DNA of 64,000 nt. Source: Octopus bimaculoides (Eukaryota). This document shows positions 1-13,929 of this stretch, piece by piece. The first letter of the stretch is position 1; the number at the start of each line of letters is the position of its first letter. The notes under the pieces were generated by a model. The model saw only the letters and a program-made list of their open reading frames with translations, did no database searches and was not told where the DNA came from. The position numbers and the translations under genes are program-made. Location of the stretch: positions 54,605,747 to 54,669,746 of the forward strand of contig NC_068981.1 of the NCBI RefSeq assembly GCF_001194135.2, written 5' to 3'.

Positions 1-629
1 ATTTTATCTGATCAAATTCATCCTATGGTTGCGGAACGCTTTCCAGAGGGAAACACAATCTTTCAGGATGATAATGCACCAATTCACACAGCTAAAGCTG
101 TTACTGAATGACACGAGGAACATTCTAGTGAAGTTGAACATCTTATCTTGCCTAAAACTCAAAATTCTTTTCTACTCTAGGCATAAGGCCTGAAATTTTT
201 GGGGAGGGGGCCAGTCGATTAGATCGACCTCAGTACGCAACTGGTACTTAATTTTTTGACCCCGAAAGGATGAAAGGCAAAGTCGACCTCGGCGGAATTT
301 GAACTCAGAACGTAAAAACAGACGAAATACCGCTAAGCATCTCGCCCGGCGTGCTAACGTTTCTGCCAGCTCACCGCCTTATTGAACATTTATGGTGCAT
401 TTTAGAAAAAACAGGTAAGGAGTCGATATCCTCCACCATCATCACTACGTGAATTGGAGGCTGTTTTAGCTGAAGAGACAAAAATTCCTTTGGAAACAAT
501 TCAAACTTTGTACGAGTTCATACATCGTAGAATTCAAGCTGTAATTACTGCCAAAGGCGGTCCTACTCCTTATTAAAATAAATTTATTTGAAATTTTGAG
601 GTGTTTCCATTATTTTGTCCAATCCCTGT
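1..629 (+). mobile_element. Tc1-like transposon 3' end (decayed, interrupted by a SINE)
   Basis: ILSDQIHPMVAERFPEGNTIFQDDNAPIHTAK...IEHLWCILE...RRIQAVITAKGGPTPY-stop (574-576); internal stop and frameshift; TIR-like end ...gtccaatccctgtg then TA. Confidence 0.85.
166..380 (-). mobile_element. tRNA-derived SINE (family A)
   Basis: Minus strand reads AAGGCGGTGAGCTGGCAGAAACGTTAG (A box) ... GAGTTCAAATTCC (B box); near-identical copy at 37917-38130. Confidence 0.85.
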
Positions 630-2790
630 GTATATATGTAATACACGTGTATGCGTTCACGTCTGCATGCACAGTGTGCATTAACTTTTATGTGAATATG
701 TGTTTATCTAATTAGCATGTTCACCTGTGTGTGAGTGTGTGTGTGTGTGTGTGTGGTTGTGTGTGTGTGCGTGCGCATACAAGTGTGATTTAGTGCTAGC
801 GCAATGGTGTATTAATTTGCATGTGTACGCGATGTGTAGTATAAGTATTTCACTGATTACGAAAATTTGTTTTAGTGTCCTGGTGTGGTCATGTGGTTAA
901 GTGTGTAAGCGGAAGCGTTGCAGTGCGAGTGAATGTTAATGGCTAGTGTGTGAGTGTATGTTAGTGCAAGCATGCTACTCGGTGCTTGTTAGTAGATTGT
1001 GTATATGTGTGAGCCAGCATTTCGTGTATATTTATTTAATTGTATAAGTGGTATGGTGTGGTGTATATATATATATGTATTATAGTGTTTGGGTTACAAT
1101 GTTTTTCCACGTCAATATGTGTTTTTGTCAGATGGTAAATTAATGTTTTAGTATATGGACTGTTGAATTAGTGCCGTATTTCCTAAGATGGGCATTAGTT
1201 GGGGTATATGCAGGTTGTTCTCTGTGTGTGTGTGTGTGTGAAAAAGAGAGAGAGGAGAGAGGGAAATAAAAGAACGAGAAAGTGAGAGAGAAGAGAAAGA
1301 AAGAAAGAGAGAGAGAGAAAGGGTGGGGGAGAGCGCATGTATATGAATGAATCTGTGTATATGTGGCGACAGAGACAGTTGAAGTCATAGTCTACTTCAT
1401 TATTTACCAAAGTAGGCAGGAGAAACGGGATCCATGAAAGTGGTCGTCCGTTTACCTTCGCTGACAGTTGTTAGTAGCACCTGGCGACAACATTGCCCAC
1501 CCCCTCACCCATTATCGCCTACGCTCTTCTCCGTCCACCTCTCGTTACCTTCCTTACATACTTCAATTTATCGCTATCTATCCTTCCACTAAAAGTAGTA
1601 CAACCAACACTAAAGTGAGTTTTCAAAGACAGTTAACAAATAAACCATAAGAAGAGCCAATATTTGTTGTTTACGTTAGTGGCTAAGGAGTAGGAAAGGT
1701 GTTTCGCTTTCTTTCTCTTTCAAATCCTTTCATGTCTGTATACTATTCCCAACTGCTGGTTTAATCAGACTCTCTTAAGCTCCACAGGTGCTCAAGTTGT
1801 CCAAAGGTAAAAAAAGAAAATGGAAGTAGCTGTAAATAGCTGTTAGGAGGTATTGGTTCCCTGCAATGGGACGTATTCACGTGTTTCGAATTCATTGGAT
1901 GCAAAGTGCTAATAAAGTTAATTTAATGAAGCACAAAGTTAAATGTACATTATGCATATATGCACAAGGGAATACCATAATCCAGTACTATCATTTTTCT
2001 TGTCCTGACGGCATGACACTCAAAATAGAGTGTGCAACTGTTCAAATACATATACATATATGCACACGTGCCTTGTAAAAACACACCCGGCGCATTTCTT
2101 AACTATTAAACTGGTTTGGAATTGAAGTACGTTGGAACATTGAACACGTCAGATGCATACTTGAGATAATAGCTAACGTTTCTTAAGAAACAAAGTGAGG
2201 AAAAGAAAGAACAAAAAAACACAAGTTTAAAATAACTGGCTGTTCATTAAAAAATGTGACATACGTGAGAATATAATACTCTTTGGTGGAAGAATTTCGG
2301 AAAATTTCTACTATATTTTGCAATGTTTGCTAAAGAAAAAAAAGACCATTCTAAAACTCTGATTAGATAATCTAAATTTACAGAACTCTGTACAGTTCTT
2401 TGAGTGACACATTGGATCTTGAAATATATACAATACAGTGCTTACAGAAGTTGACAATTTTTTTCTTTTATATTTCGAAGGCTTCAAGTCTCATGTTGTT
2501 TTTATAAGCATATCTTTCGATATGGATAAAACTAAAGGAATAACAAAATAAATATAAACAAATTTAAAGAAGGAGGCAATATAGTGAAAGAAAAACAATT
2601 TTGACAGCTCTTTTGATATTATCAGGAATCAGTAAATAGTGGGCAATGTACTCAAATGATATTCCAGGTAAGTCTTCATTTATTTATTTAGACCCTCTTC
2701 TTAACAAAATTTATCTAAACACATGGTAATATCATATCATCTAATTACTCGGAATTTTAATTGTTTTCTTGTTTTGGACAACCTGGAAGG

Positions 2791-2964
2791 CAGGGCCTGC
2801 CCAAGCGTTGCTGGTGCCTAGGGCAAGCTGAACTTCGGCGTATACAAGCCGATGGTCGTAGAAATTTCCTTGTCTTTGTCACGTCCTCCTTGGCGCTCCC
2901 TAGCACATGGCGCCCCGGGCGACTGCCCGAGTTGCCGGTTTGCCGGTACCTTGAGCCGGCCCAG
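2791..2964. mobile_element. hAT-type MITE, 174 bp
   Basis: Imperfect 15-bp TIRs CAGGGCCTGCCCAAG / CTTGAGCCGGCCCAG; 8-bp TSD CTGGAAGG / CTGGCAGG; GC-rich island in AT-rich DNA. Confidence 0.7.
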
Positions 2965-4929
2965 CTGGCAGGATGCTTGAAATAATGTGTGATTGTTAAC
3001 GCGATCATTTTATTTTTACCTCCACACTAACACGGCAGTAAATGACATTTTCTACTTCTTTTTAAAAACTTATAAAAAAGAATATTTGTTTGTAAAAAAA
3101 TATAAGATAAAACAGAAAAAAATTTCTGACTACAGAAAACATGATATTGTGAGAAGAATTTTGATGTTGTGATGTAAATGAAACAAAATCATTACACCTG
3201 GAATGTAAACATGGCCAGGATCTACAGTCGTTAGGAACATACCACTGTTGTTAAGTAGTCTTTTGTTTACTGATATCGTGTTTTCTAAAACTATTAATTG
3301 TATGTGTATTGCCTTTACATTTAGAATCATATTACATGAGATCAATAATCGTTATATTCTCAATGTCATTAACACTGCATTTGATCAGTCGCATCTAGGA
3401 CCGTTACATGTTTATTTTTGAATATAAGTTCCTAATCAAGAGAATTTAATTTCTTTTAAAATAGTATTTCTGGTTGCCCTTCCCTATTTGAGTGTATTGA
3501 ATTTGTCCATTGACTCTGTGATATTCATGTCTTATTCAAAGATAATTATGTAGTAAATTTGAAGTAAAATTGCTTCAAATGGAATTCAAAACCACTTTAC
3601 GGAATCGGATTGGATGAACCTATTCATTTTTATAACGTGTAAATAACCAGCATTAAATTTGACTCTAGAATGCTTTTCAAGTCCTAACAACATATTTGAG
3701 ATTAATTGGTCCCAGTTAATTTAATTGCTACTACTCCTGTTCATAACAAGTCATCTTGATCGATAGTGATAAGCAATTGTTCCTTAAGATGACTGAATAT
3801 CACTTGGTCGGTTGGGCGACTTGCCCAGACCAATGTATCACTTCCACGCCAATGTAGCACCTCCATGTGTGATGAGGCGGGATCTATGGTCTAGGTTTTA
3901 GTCACTCTAGTTGGTCTTTTGCAAGCTGAAATATCTTCTCTGCACTCGCCATGACTACAGATGATAGTAGTAGTTAACTGAACTGATTGATTGCGGCCGT
4001 TGACAGTTTGTTGTTTATTCATACGTTCAGCATGAAATGATATTCGCCATTGATTCAATAAGTCCATCTGCCGACATAGTTCACATCCACCATGCTACAT
4101 CCCATGATTTTAACGTACCCTGTCTCGGATAGTTACATGCTATCTAAAACATATCTTGGACCTTGACAAGTGCTACTGCTCCGAGTCAGAGTAGACCTGG
4201 CAACAATAGTGTCTAAGAGGTGGTTCCACACTCCTCAAAACCCTAAAAACTCCCGAATCAAGGTTCCACTACCGGATGCTATTAAAAATCATATTCAGGA
4301 CAAAGTAATTTGGCAGTCATGATTAATTGCTATAATTCATGTTAAGTAACCAGTTTCATTCAAGAACAATATCATTTCAAATTATAAAAACCAACATTCA
4401 TTGGATGGATAACAAGCAAATCTTCAATTTAAGTTATTTATTAGCTGATGAAAATTTCTGAACGTGAGTTGTAATTAAATTAGACAATTTTGTAGATTAA
4501 TTACTGCTAGAACATGGCAAAGTGAAACTAGAATTCGGTGAATGTGATGACCTGTGTCGGATAATGGTAAAAGTTATTAAAGGTGAATAAATTATTTTAC
4601 AGTGTGGAAGAAGAGAGATCTCTCTGATGAAGGGTTTTACCCGAAACGGGATACTTCTCTGCTTTCTTACAGCAGAGTAAAGTATAACACACCTTGGGAC
4701 TTGCATGAAATAGTTGTTTTTATTAATTTTTGTGTTTTATGTTATTTACATACTTTATGTTTTATATTATTCTGTGACATAATTATATATTTCTTTTCAC
4801 TAGAAACAAGGGTAAGTATTTTGTGGCTATATATATATATATATATATACAAGCGTCCGAATCAATGTCGTTAGTGTTAAATCTATCAATCCTTTATGAG
4901 ACAGAGAAAGAGCGAGAGCGAGAGAGAGG

Positions 4930-4996
<67 letters not shown>

Positions 4997-5449
4997 TTCT
5001 GTAGGAATTGTAATCAGTATGTAGAGGGATGAAACTAAAGATTACAATATTTATTGCAACGTCTCTATCATTTTGGGAAATCAGTCGTATCCCGAATATA
5101 GTTTTGTACATTAGCACACAACACATGTTAAAAAATGGAATACAGCCGATTAAATCGACACCAGTACATGAAATTTTTTAGTACATTAGTTTATTCCTAT
5201 ATTTCTGCCGACTGATTTTAGTCATCTGAATGAACTACAAGCAGTCAGCACCTGTGGGAATTGAATTCAGAACATAACGACGAACTAAGAATTAAGATAA
5301 ATTTTGTCAGGCGCTCGACTATTTTGACATTCCATTAATTCCTATAAAAGAGAGGTGAGCTGGTAAAAACTTTTTTTTTCTTTTGTACCCTTTTTAAAGC
5401 CCAGCCAGGCTCATGGGCCCAGTTTCTATGGCGTATGTGTCCCCCCCCC

Positions 5450-6216
5450 NNNNNNNNNNNNNNNNNNNNNNNNNNNNNNNNNNNNNNNNNNNNNNNNNNN
5501 NNNNNNNNNNNNNNNNNNNNNNNNNNNNNNNNNNNNNNNNNNNNNNNNNNNNNNNNNNNNNNNNNNNNNNNNNNNNNNNNNNNNNNNNNNNNNNNNNNNN
5601 NNNNNNNNNNNNNNNNNNNNNNNNNNNNNNNNNNNNNNNNNNNNNNNNNNNNNNNNNNNNNNNNNNNNNNNNNNNNNNNNNNNNNNNNNNNNNNNNNNNN
5701 NNNNNNNNNNNNNNNNNNNNNNNNNNNNNNNNNNNNNNNNNNNNNNNNNNNNNNNNNNNNNNNNNNNNNNNNNNNNNNNNNNNNNNNNNNNNNNNNNNNN
5801 NNNNNNNNNNNNNNNNNNNNNNNNNNNNNNNNNNNNNNNNNNNNNNNNNNNNNNNNNNNNNNNNNNNNNNNNNNNNNNNNNNNNNNNNNNNNNNNNNNNN
5901 NNNNNNNNNNNNNNNNNNNNNNNNNNNNNNNNNNNNNNNNNNNNNNNNNNNNNNNNNNNNNNNNNNNNNNNNNNNNNNNNNNNNNNNNNNNNNNNNNNNN
6001 NNNNNNNNNNNNNNNNNNNNNNNNNNNNNNNNNNNNNNNNNNNNNNNNNNNNNNNNNNNNNNNNNNNNNNNNNNNNNNNNNNNNNNNNNNNNNNNNNNNN
6101 NNNNNNNNNNNNNNNNNNNNNNNNNNNNNNNNNNNNNNNNNNNNNNNNNNNNNNNNNNNNNNNNNNNNNNNNNNNNNNNNNNNNNNNNNNNNNNNNNNNN
6201 NNNNNNNNNNNNNNNN
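5450..6216. other. Assembly gap (N)
   Basis: Other gaps: 22263-22881, 28580-29207, 30477-31092, 32465-32577, 35866-36281, 42813-43223, 54709-54743 and 58729-59303; most abut microsatellites. Confidence 1.
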
Positions 6217-6261
<45 letters not shown>

Positions 6262-6739
6262 CAATTTCGTAGGCAAGACATTTTGGAAAATAGTTGGCAA
6301 ACTATCTCACCTCTCAACTTGAATTTGAGCCTTCTTGTGCTTTGCCAAGAGATAATTTACTGACTTTACAGAATCCCTAATTAAGAAGGTTCAACCAGCG
6401 GCTGAAAATTCCATATTTACTGTTTGCTTCGGTTTCAAGTCTACCCAGGATCCGCTCAACAAAATTCTTCTACAACTCTCCTTTTTCACGCCCCAGTTTC
6501 ATCACCACGTTTACATAATCGCCGATAGCGAAAACTCCTCGGCCCAACAAGGAAGTATCTATGCAATCTTTCAACCTACAGGAAATAGAGGTTAAATTTC
6601 CCTTTAGTCGAATTTCACCATCTTAAAAATGAGAGGCACATAAGATAATGTAGTCTTAGATATACCATCTCTGAAAATGTCCAAACTGTGAACTCCAGAT
6701 CTAGCTGTTACTGTCACGAAATTCTTTAATCACCATTCT

Positions 6740-7030
6740 TTAATCACCATTCTCTCAAAAAACATTCTTTCTGACCCTACAAACTACCAACATATTGTAA
6801 CCACTGGCAACATCATGATTACGGTAACAATTGTTAACAATCACCTTCATTATTACCTTGAAATCACCATTCCTCCACAGTGACTAACTTTACAGATTTC
6901 ATGAATCCAGATCTATTGGAAACTTGCTTTCTTGTGTTACTCAATAGAGGTCATTCGTTCTTGAGAACTTCGGCGAAAGTAATGTCATTGTAATTGACAT
7001 CACCAAAGCTTTTGACAATGTCTTCTTAGC
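6740..7030 (+). mobile_element. LINE (CR1/Jockey-like) reverse transcriptase remnant
   Basis: VLENFGESNVIVIDITKAFDNV at 6957-7022 matches the RT motif DxxKAFDxV; upstream is degenerate PTNY-like sequence. Confidence 0.65.
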
Positions 7031-8835
7031 ACCACAAACATTCAATCATTACACGTAACAAGAAAACAGTTTTGTATCTTACACTTTCTAGTTATAAGTA
7101 AAGCGCTACAAAATCCCTCTTTGTTGGTATAATGTTAGACATCAGTTTCTAATCATCTGTCATGGAGATCCCAAACAACGTAATTCACAACTTCATTACA
7201 AAGATTCTGACTCCTGTTTAGAGCTAACATATTTCAGCCTTCTACAAAGATTAAGCTCTACCCACACTGGAATACTGCTTACATATATAGGACAGTATTG
7301 TGTTAAGTTCATATAGTAAAATTAATTCATTGCTAAATAAATGTTCTTCAGTAATTCTAGAAGTATATATATATCTTCTGTTCGTTTGGGAAACTCAGTT
7401 TTGAAATGGACAGATGGATTATAGTGCCAAGTGAAACTAATTAAAAAGAATTAATATAACTTTTTAAAAATATTCTTTTATCTTATATTACTCGAACACG
7501 GTAAATGAATAGCTTATCATTTTAAATTCCCGTGTTATGCAGAGCAAGTAAACGGAAACCTTAGTTTTTTTTTAATTATTATTTATATACAGAATGCTTT
7601 ATAGGAACATTTAATTGGCCGAAGACTTCACTAGTACTTATTTTATCTAATTTCGAGAGGGTTTTAACGTAAATGGTCTTAACTCAGATACTTTACCGAT
7701 TTTGTTCGACGGTCTAACGACTGTACCAATCTAACGCTTAAGGTATTCTGAATGATTATAAAACCGAAAAAATGTTTCTTCCATATTTCAATAAGTAATA
7801 CAGTATATTTGAGAGTTTCGATGTTACTCAATTTGACAATGATGGACAGCTCGGATATAGTGCTGCAAACATTGAAAATTAGACGGTTTGATTTCATTAG
7901 ATAGCACTGAATGTTATCATTAAAAAAAGACAGGTTTCAAATACTTGCCATATATTTTGAAGTGCTAGCTTAAATCAATCCAGTAGAGAATAGTTCCATA
8001 TTAAGACGACAAATTTAATTTGAATTCATGTGATCTTGAAAAAGATAGTTTTTCTAATTTGTAAGCAATGATGTTTTCATATTCTAGTTTGACGTGTGAG
8101 AAAGAAAACAATCCCTTGAAATATACAGCTTGCTTACATTGAGAATTTTATATTTGAAATTTACTTTTTTTACGAAATATGAAACAGTTCAGAAAATGCT
8201 ATGAAGGAGATGAAGTAATTGACTGCTTTGATCGGAATGCATTTATTTGGATTTAACGCAGTCTTAGGTTCATTAATTATAAACTATCTCTTTTTTTCAA
8301 GTATTCATCGTAAAACTCATGTAAGAGTATTTTTTGTTATTTCATATTAAAAATGAATGAAAAATGCTTTGGATTAAATCCTTTTGCAGAATCTATTTCG
8401 AGTTGCTAAGTTAGGCCTTTCAAAGGTTTTACCAAATTTATCATACATCAAAGTTCGTGAAATTTCTTCCTTCAATTTATTTTACTCGATATTTTCACCA
8501 AGGAGAAACTACTTCACCCAGCACAGTTTAAAATTAATCCAAACTCTCCTTTTGCATCTACAGAATGGATGCACTGGTTGTGCAACATCAATAAGGTCAT
8601 TATTTAATGTAGATCCATAAATTATCAGATAAAAGCAGTCTGTTAGCGGAAATCTAAGTTTAAACTCAATTTATACCTTTAATAATTTGAAAAAGGAACA
8701 GCAATGAAATGCAATAATTCATTACCGAATGCGACGCATTAAATGTTGCAGTTTCAGCTACTTATCGTGAATGAACTTTAGTCGTCTGTTGTTATTGTGA
8801 CGGTAGAGACGACGGCAAGCAAGGTCAATAGATAG

Positions 8836-8889
<54 letters not shown>

Positions 8890-9399
8890 ATAGAAATACA
8901 GTAGAGAAAGTAGTGACAACTGCTAATTGAGGTGGTAACAGTGAAAGATAGGAGGAAAAGGAACAAAAGAGAAACGCCAATGAATCGACATACACGCGCA
9001 TACATACATACTTTCTTTTTGTCTCTCACATATACATAAAAATACACATGCATACATATTGAGAACTGTATTAGTTTGTTGTATTAATGATGTTAGTAGG
9101 ATGCTCGTTAGAGATGATAGTGGTAGCGGGTTTTATAGGTAAAAAGTTGACACCATATGTTTTAATGCGTGCACTTTAGGGTAAGTAATTGCCATAGAAC
9201 AACGTCGCCGCCACTTCCACCATTAATATGACTACCAACAACAAACTAACAGAAAACAAACATTATCACTAACGCCATCACCACCATTTACCACCACCAT
9301 CTCTTATTTTCTCTGGTTTTCTCTTTCTCTGCCTTTCACTCAGTCCTTGGAGTTACTTCTCTGTAGGTGCCGCAAAAGGTGGAAACGTACCATTAATAT

Positions 9400-10160
9400 A
9401 CAAATAAACCTATCTGGTAGAAAAAGACGCAAATCAACCATAGAAGAAGAAACGAGTGCAGTTATTGAATCTGTTCGGAAATGGATTCATGTTCTTGTTG
9501 GATGCAATTTCACTATCATCGCTGATCAACGGCCAATTATCTTTATCTTGGATAGCAGAAAACGCACTTCAATAAATAACAAGATACAGGCGTCTTTTTC
9601 TTACGCCATTAAATATTATTCCATAAAAAACAATATTGTGTCATATGCATTAATGCATGCTTTCTCTGCATCTGTTTTGGCATACAAATTATATGAAATA
9701 CACGAATGGCTGTGCCCACTAGAAATTATGAGAATGGTTCATTTTGTGCAATCTAAAAGTCTTTTCTTTAGTGATAACGTTAAAAGATCTTTTTGTCGAC
9801 TGTATACTGATCTTATACCTCAATTGTTTCGTCTCTTCAAAATCATTTTGGTCAAATTTTCTTAACCTATCAAATGTCTTAGTATTTGAATTTCTCTTCT
9901 CATCAATTGTATGCAGAACTTATACCTCAATTCCTTTGTCCACTAGAAGGTACTTTAGTCAACATTACTCAACCTATCTTAGAATTTCATTTCAAAGGGC
10001 CATTGGTATCTTCATTAATTCGCAAGTATCTCATTGTGGTCATTAATAAATTCTCACTGTTTCATTTCGGAAAATCTAATCCAAGTATGAGTTTTGAAAA
10101 GTTTTCTAAAGAGTCGGTATCAAATATTCGCGTTGAGTGGTACTATATGATATAACCGTT
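9400..10160 (+). mobile_element. Gypsy LTR retrotransposon pol remnant (RNase H / integrase)
   Basis: STIEEETSAVIESVRKWIHVLVGCNFTIIADQRPI (RNase H YSxxEKE..TDQ-like), LYEIHEWLC..RMVHF (integrase HHCC region), FKGPL; frameshifted. Confidence 0.8.
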
Positions 10161-10249
10161 TCAATCGCGAAATACTGTTACTTGTAAAGAATGTAAAAGA
10201 TAATTTAAATAAACGGAAAGTTGCTACATAGAAAACTACACTCATATGG

Positions 10250-10900
10250 CAATGATTGATTTTAAGGACACGATAAGATTATCTGGAAACCTGTTAAATT
10301 ACTCTTTAAAGCATAACCTCATTGATTCTCATCAAGAAGTACTGTTTCCTAAGGCGGTACTTCCTGATGCACTATCCACAATAAGGTTCCTATTCCGTCT
10401 AGCTACAAGGTGTACAGTCTTTGAAAGTTTTACCTTTTCATTGTAATGGCACCCTCCCATTAGCAACACATTAGCGGCTTGGTTTTCATCTGATAAAATT
10501 CTATTACGCCTATTTGTTCGAGAGAACAATAATGATACATATGTTTATGAAACAGAATTAACTGAAGCAAATCCATAATATATATATGGTTTCCCAATGG
10601 TAGAAAAACAGCAGTGTCATTCTCCTATCTTGTATAATGGCCACTAACAAGTAATACTGAAATCTTTATAGAATCGTGCATTAACAGTAGAAGATATTTG
10701 AACTGCTGCATTGTAATACAACCAAAGCAAGAAGAGTTGCCTTCTTCTAGTGGTGTTACATGGGTTTTGGCCGCCCCTTTTAAACGTAACATGCATTTTA
10801 TACACAATCTACACATCCTGCACACTTTACGCTACACCACTGCCTTCTTTGCAACGAGCAAAGTCGATCGAACAAAAGAAAGTAATGAAATTTGGAAGCC
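10250..10900 (+). mobile_element. Highly degenerate LINE RT remnant
   Basis: LKHNLIDSHQ (LxxxQxGF-like), SGVTWVLAAP (SGVPQGSVLxP-like), TLYATP (YADD-like) occur in the correct order. Confidence 0.45.
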
Positions 10901-13900
10901 AATTCGAATATCTAAGGCAGATTTGGGTGGTGATGGTCTTTTTTTTTTAGCTACAAATGAATAACTAAATTTAAGCATATTCATTTCATGTTTATAATTG
11001 TCTTTACGTACATTGCTCTTGCGTGATTAAAATTAAATCTTTTCAGTTGGTATTCTTTATTTTACCTTCTACCAGAAATTTGTTTCATGGTTCGACTATT
11101 CCAATGCAGACATTAAAATAAGCACGAAATTAAAATAAATACTTTATTTTCGAGAGAGACTTCTATAAAACAACAATTACAAAAACAACGGGGAGTAATC
11201 AGAAAAATCCTAGAAGGATTTACCTTCAAAAGACTGTAAATGTAAACTAGCTTATGTTTAAGTTTTCCTGCTATAACCACTATTCTTTTTTCTCAGACGA
11301 TGTAAGACCTACTTTTGTTGTTATAGCTCTTACAGATTAGTAACACGTCGGGAGGATTTTCATATAGCCTTTATTTCTTTAGCTTACCCGAGAAATACCT
11401 TTGAAATATTGCGGTAATATTTGACTATTTATTTACCCAAGAGTGAGATCTCTCTCTCATACAATAGGTGACAGTTTAACTTAATCGTCAACTGTTTAAC
11501 TTATACATAGACAGTTATTTAAAATCCCACAGCAACAAAAAGTTTTGAGGGAAATGTTTAAATAAGATGCCCTCTATGGAAGACAATTGATACTAAAAGG
11601 TAAAATAGGAAAAATAAAAAGTTCTTATGATTAAAGAAGTGTTATATAGTTATAAACGTGAGGTGTAACAGATAGTATAATCTTTGTCTAGAAATAAATT
11701 ATCGTTAAATCATACCAAGGTATTTTCTGACCTGAAGTTTTACAGAAAACCGTCTGGACCGCTATCGTTGATCTTGGATGATAATGTATTTAGACTGCAC
11801 AGCTACTGCCTCTGTTTACCATCAATTTATGTTGTTTCAATCTTACCAGTCTGGGAGGTCTTAAAAGATTATGCGAACTGAACCTCCTTCCCAAAGTAAC
11901 GTATAAAAAATGGAAATGATAAGAGAATATTTTCTTATATGTAGTAAACGTTCAGAAACCACGAAAAAAAAAAATCAAGTGTAATAAATTTTCAGGCAGC
12001 ATGTGACATACGATTTCTGTTCAGGACCATAATAATGTTCTGTTTCATGTGATTATAACTAATTGGTTTAGAATAAATTCTGAAGCAGTTCTTGAGAGAC
12101 TGGAACAGATCAGTCAAGTAAGAAAGATACCTGAAATTAATAAATCTGAAAATCAGGTCAAGAGTTTTGAAGGATACATTATTTATTGGTAAGCAAAATT
12201 GATTGATCAATATGGGAGATCAGAGACGTTAGTGGATGTAATCATTCCGAAATATGTGTCACTGTGTTGTTTGTATAATACAGAAAGAAGGCAACTATGT
12301 ATATCAATATTTGAAACAATATACTTTTAGTTATATAGAACAGAGTAAGAGCAATAGATTAGTTGTTTGTATGTGTGTGTATGTAAGCAAACGCGCGCGC
12401 ACACACACACACAATATAGGAGGCAAACCTATATTAGTGGCCACAAGACAATTAGTTTCGATAATAAACTTGCCTTATTTGGGAAGACAGAAACATTATA
12501 ATTCCTAAGTTCATGGGGTTTAGTTTGAGATTATTATTCATCTATTGACATTGTATTTCTCTCAACATTTAATGTAAATATGACTATTTTCGTTCTCAAA
12601 CCATGCCAGCATAACATTTTTGTTTCTACTAAAATTCTCTAACCGACGTAGACCACCTCAGATTCTAGGGATTACATCTGATTACTCTCAATAATATTCT
12701 TTGTTAACCGTTAATATTAGCGCTACTTTTTCCTTTCTAGTTGAAGCTTGTCAAAATATTTGTTTTCGATTTAGAGTTTTTATCACTATTTTATAATTTT
12801 ATGTTCAGAACACACCTAACAGGTTGAATCTCGCATAAAAAAAATATTCTCAATTTGAGCTTGATCTTTTATTGACCTTAGAAATAAAGCAAACATTACG
12901 GAAGCGAAAGGTTATAATATTTGCACTGTTGAGTAATTTTACTTGTAATTGAACCAAAATCAACATGTCTTACATGTTTAATCGTTAAGAAGGGGTTTGA
13001 ATATTTTGAATAACCTTTTCAAATAAAATCTCTATTTTTTTTTTGTAAAAGAAGTTACATAATATAATTACCTATTTCTTCGTTATCAGAACCCTGATCA
13101 AAATATGAAATGACAAGACAGGAAATTAATTGTCATATAAACAATTTAGACAAATAAAGAGTTCTCAGAACGTTTAACATGCTTATTCCTACTGCCGATT
13201 TCGTTTCCGCGTAACTTTCTGAAAAATTAGAAGCATAGCGGATGGAAGGTGATGGTGGTCCGTCCTGGGCGACACTTTTGGATCTGCTGTATAAGCCAGG
13301 AGGCCTAGAGGGTGCAGTGACACTTCACGGGCTGCTCCGAGCGGCACACGCTCTCGTTGCCCCACTGAAAAATGTTACTTTTTTAATGAAATTTTACAGA
13401 TATACGTTTTTGTGGGTGTATATTCCAGTTATTCTTTTATTCTTTTACTTGTTTCAGTCATTTGACTGTGGCCATGCTGTAGCACTGCTTTGATAAGATT
13501 TTGACAAACATCCATTTTGGGAGTTTCAGATCATTTGCCACCCCGTCCCGTCTTTGTTTCTCATAACTTTTTAAAATGTATATTTTTAAATGGCTTTTTG
13601 TAGATATATGTTTTCAACATTACGTAATGTTGATATTCCAGATATATAAATCTGAAAAAATGCAAAAACTGAAAAATGCTAATGTTACGGCAAATGGCAG
13701 TCGGGTCGAGCAGAAGAATCCAAAACACCCCACCCCCTCCAATTTTATCTTTTCTAAATTTTATCAATATAATTGTAATATATAAACTCTCGAAACGTAT
13801 TTCTGCAAAATTTAATTTTAAAAAAATGCATTTTTCAGAAAATGATCAAAGGAACAAACTAGTGGAGCGGGGTTACCAAACTAGTTATGTCTACTCTGTA

Positions 13901-13929
13901 TGGTATTGAGACATATCATGTCATAAGAA

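Noticed and set aside
1468-1650. 60-aa plus ORF and similar short track ORFs
   Set aside because: No recognisable domain, non-ATG starts or low complexity; within chance expectation.
5335-6363. Long ORFs in the track (also at 22083-23015, 28416-29242, 30397-31262, 35707-36607, 42699-43295, 58503-59422)
   Set aside because: They are artefacts of N-gaps and flanking microsatellites (X runs, YIYI, HTHT, ERER).
13235-13365. GC-rich island ending GCCCCACTG, possibly a MITE
   Set aside because: The left TIR and TSD could not be convincingly matched.
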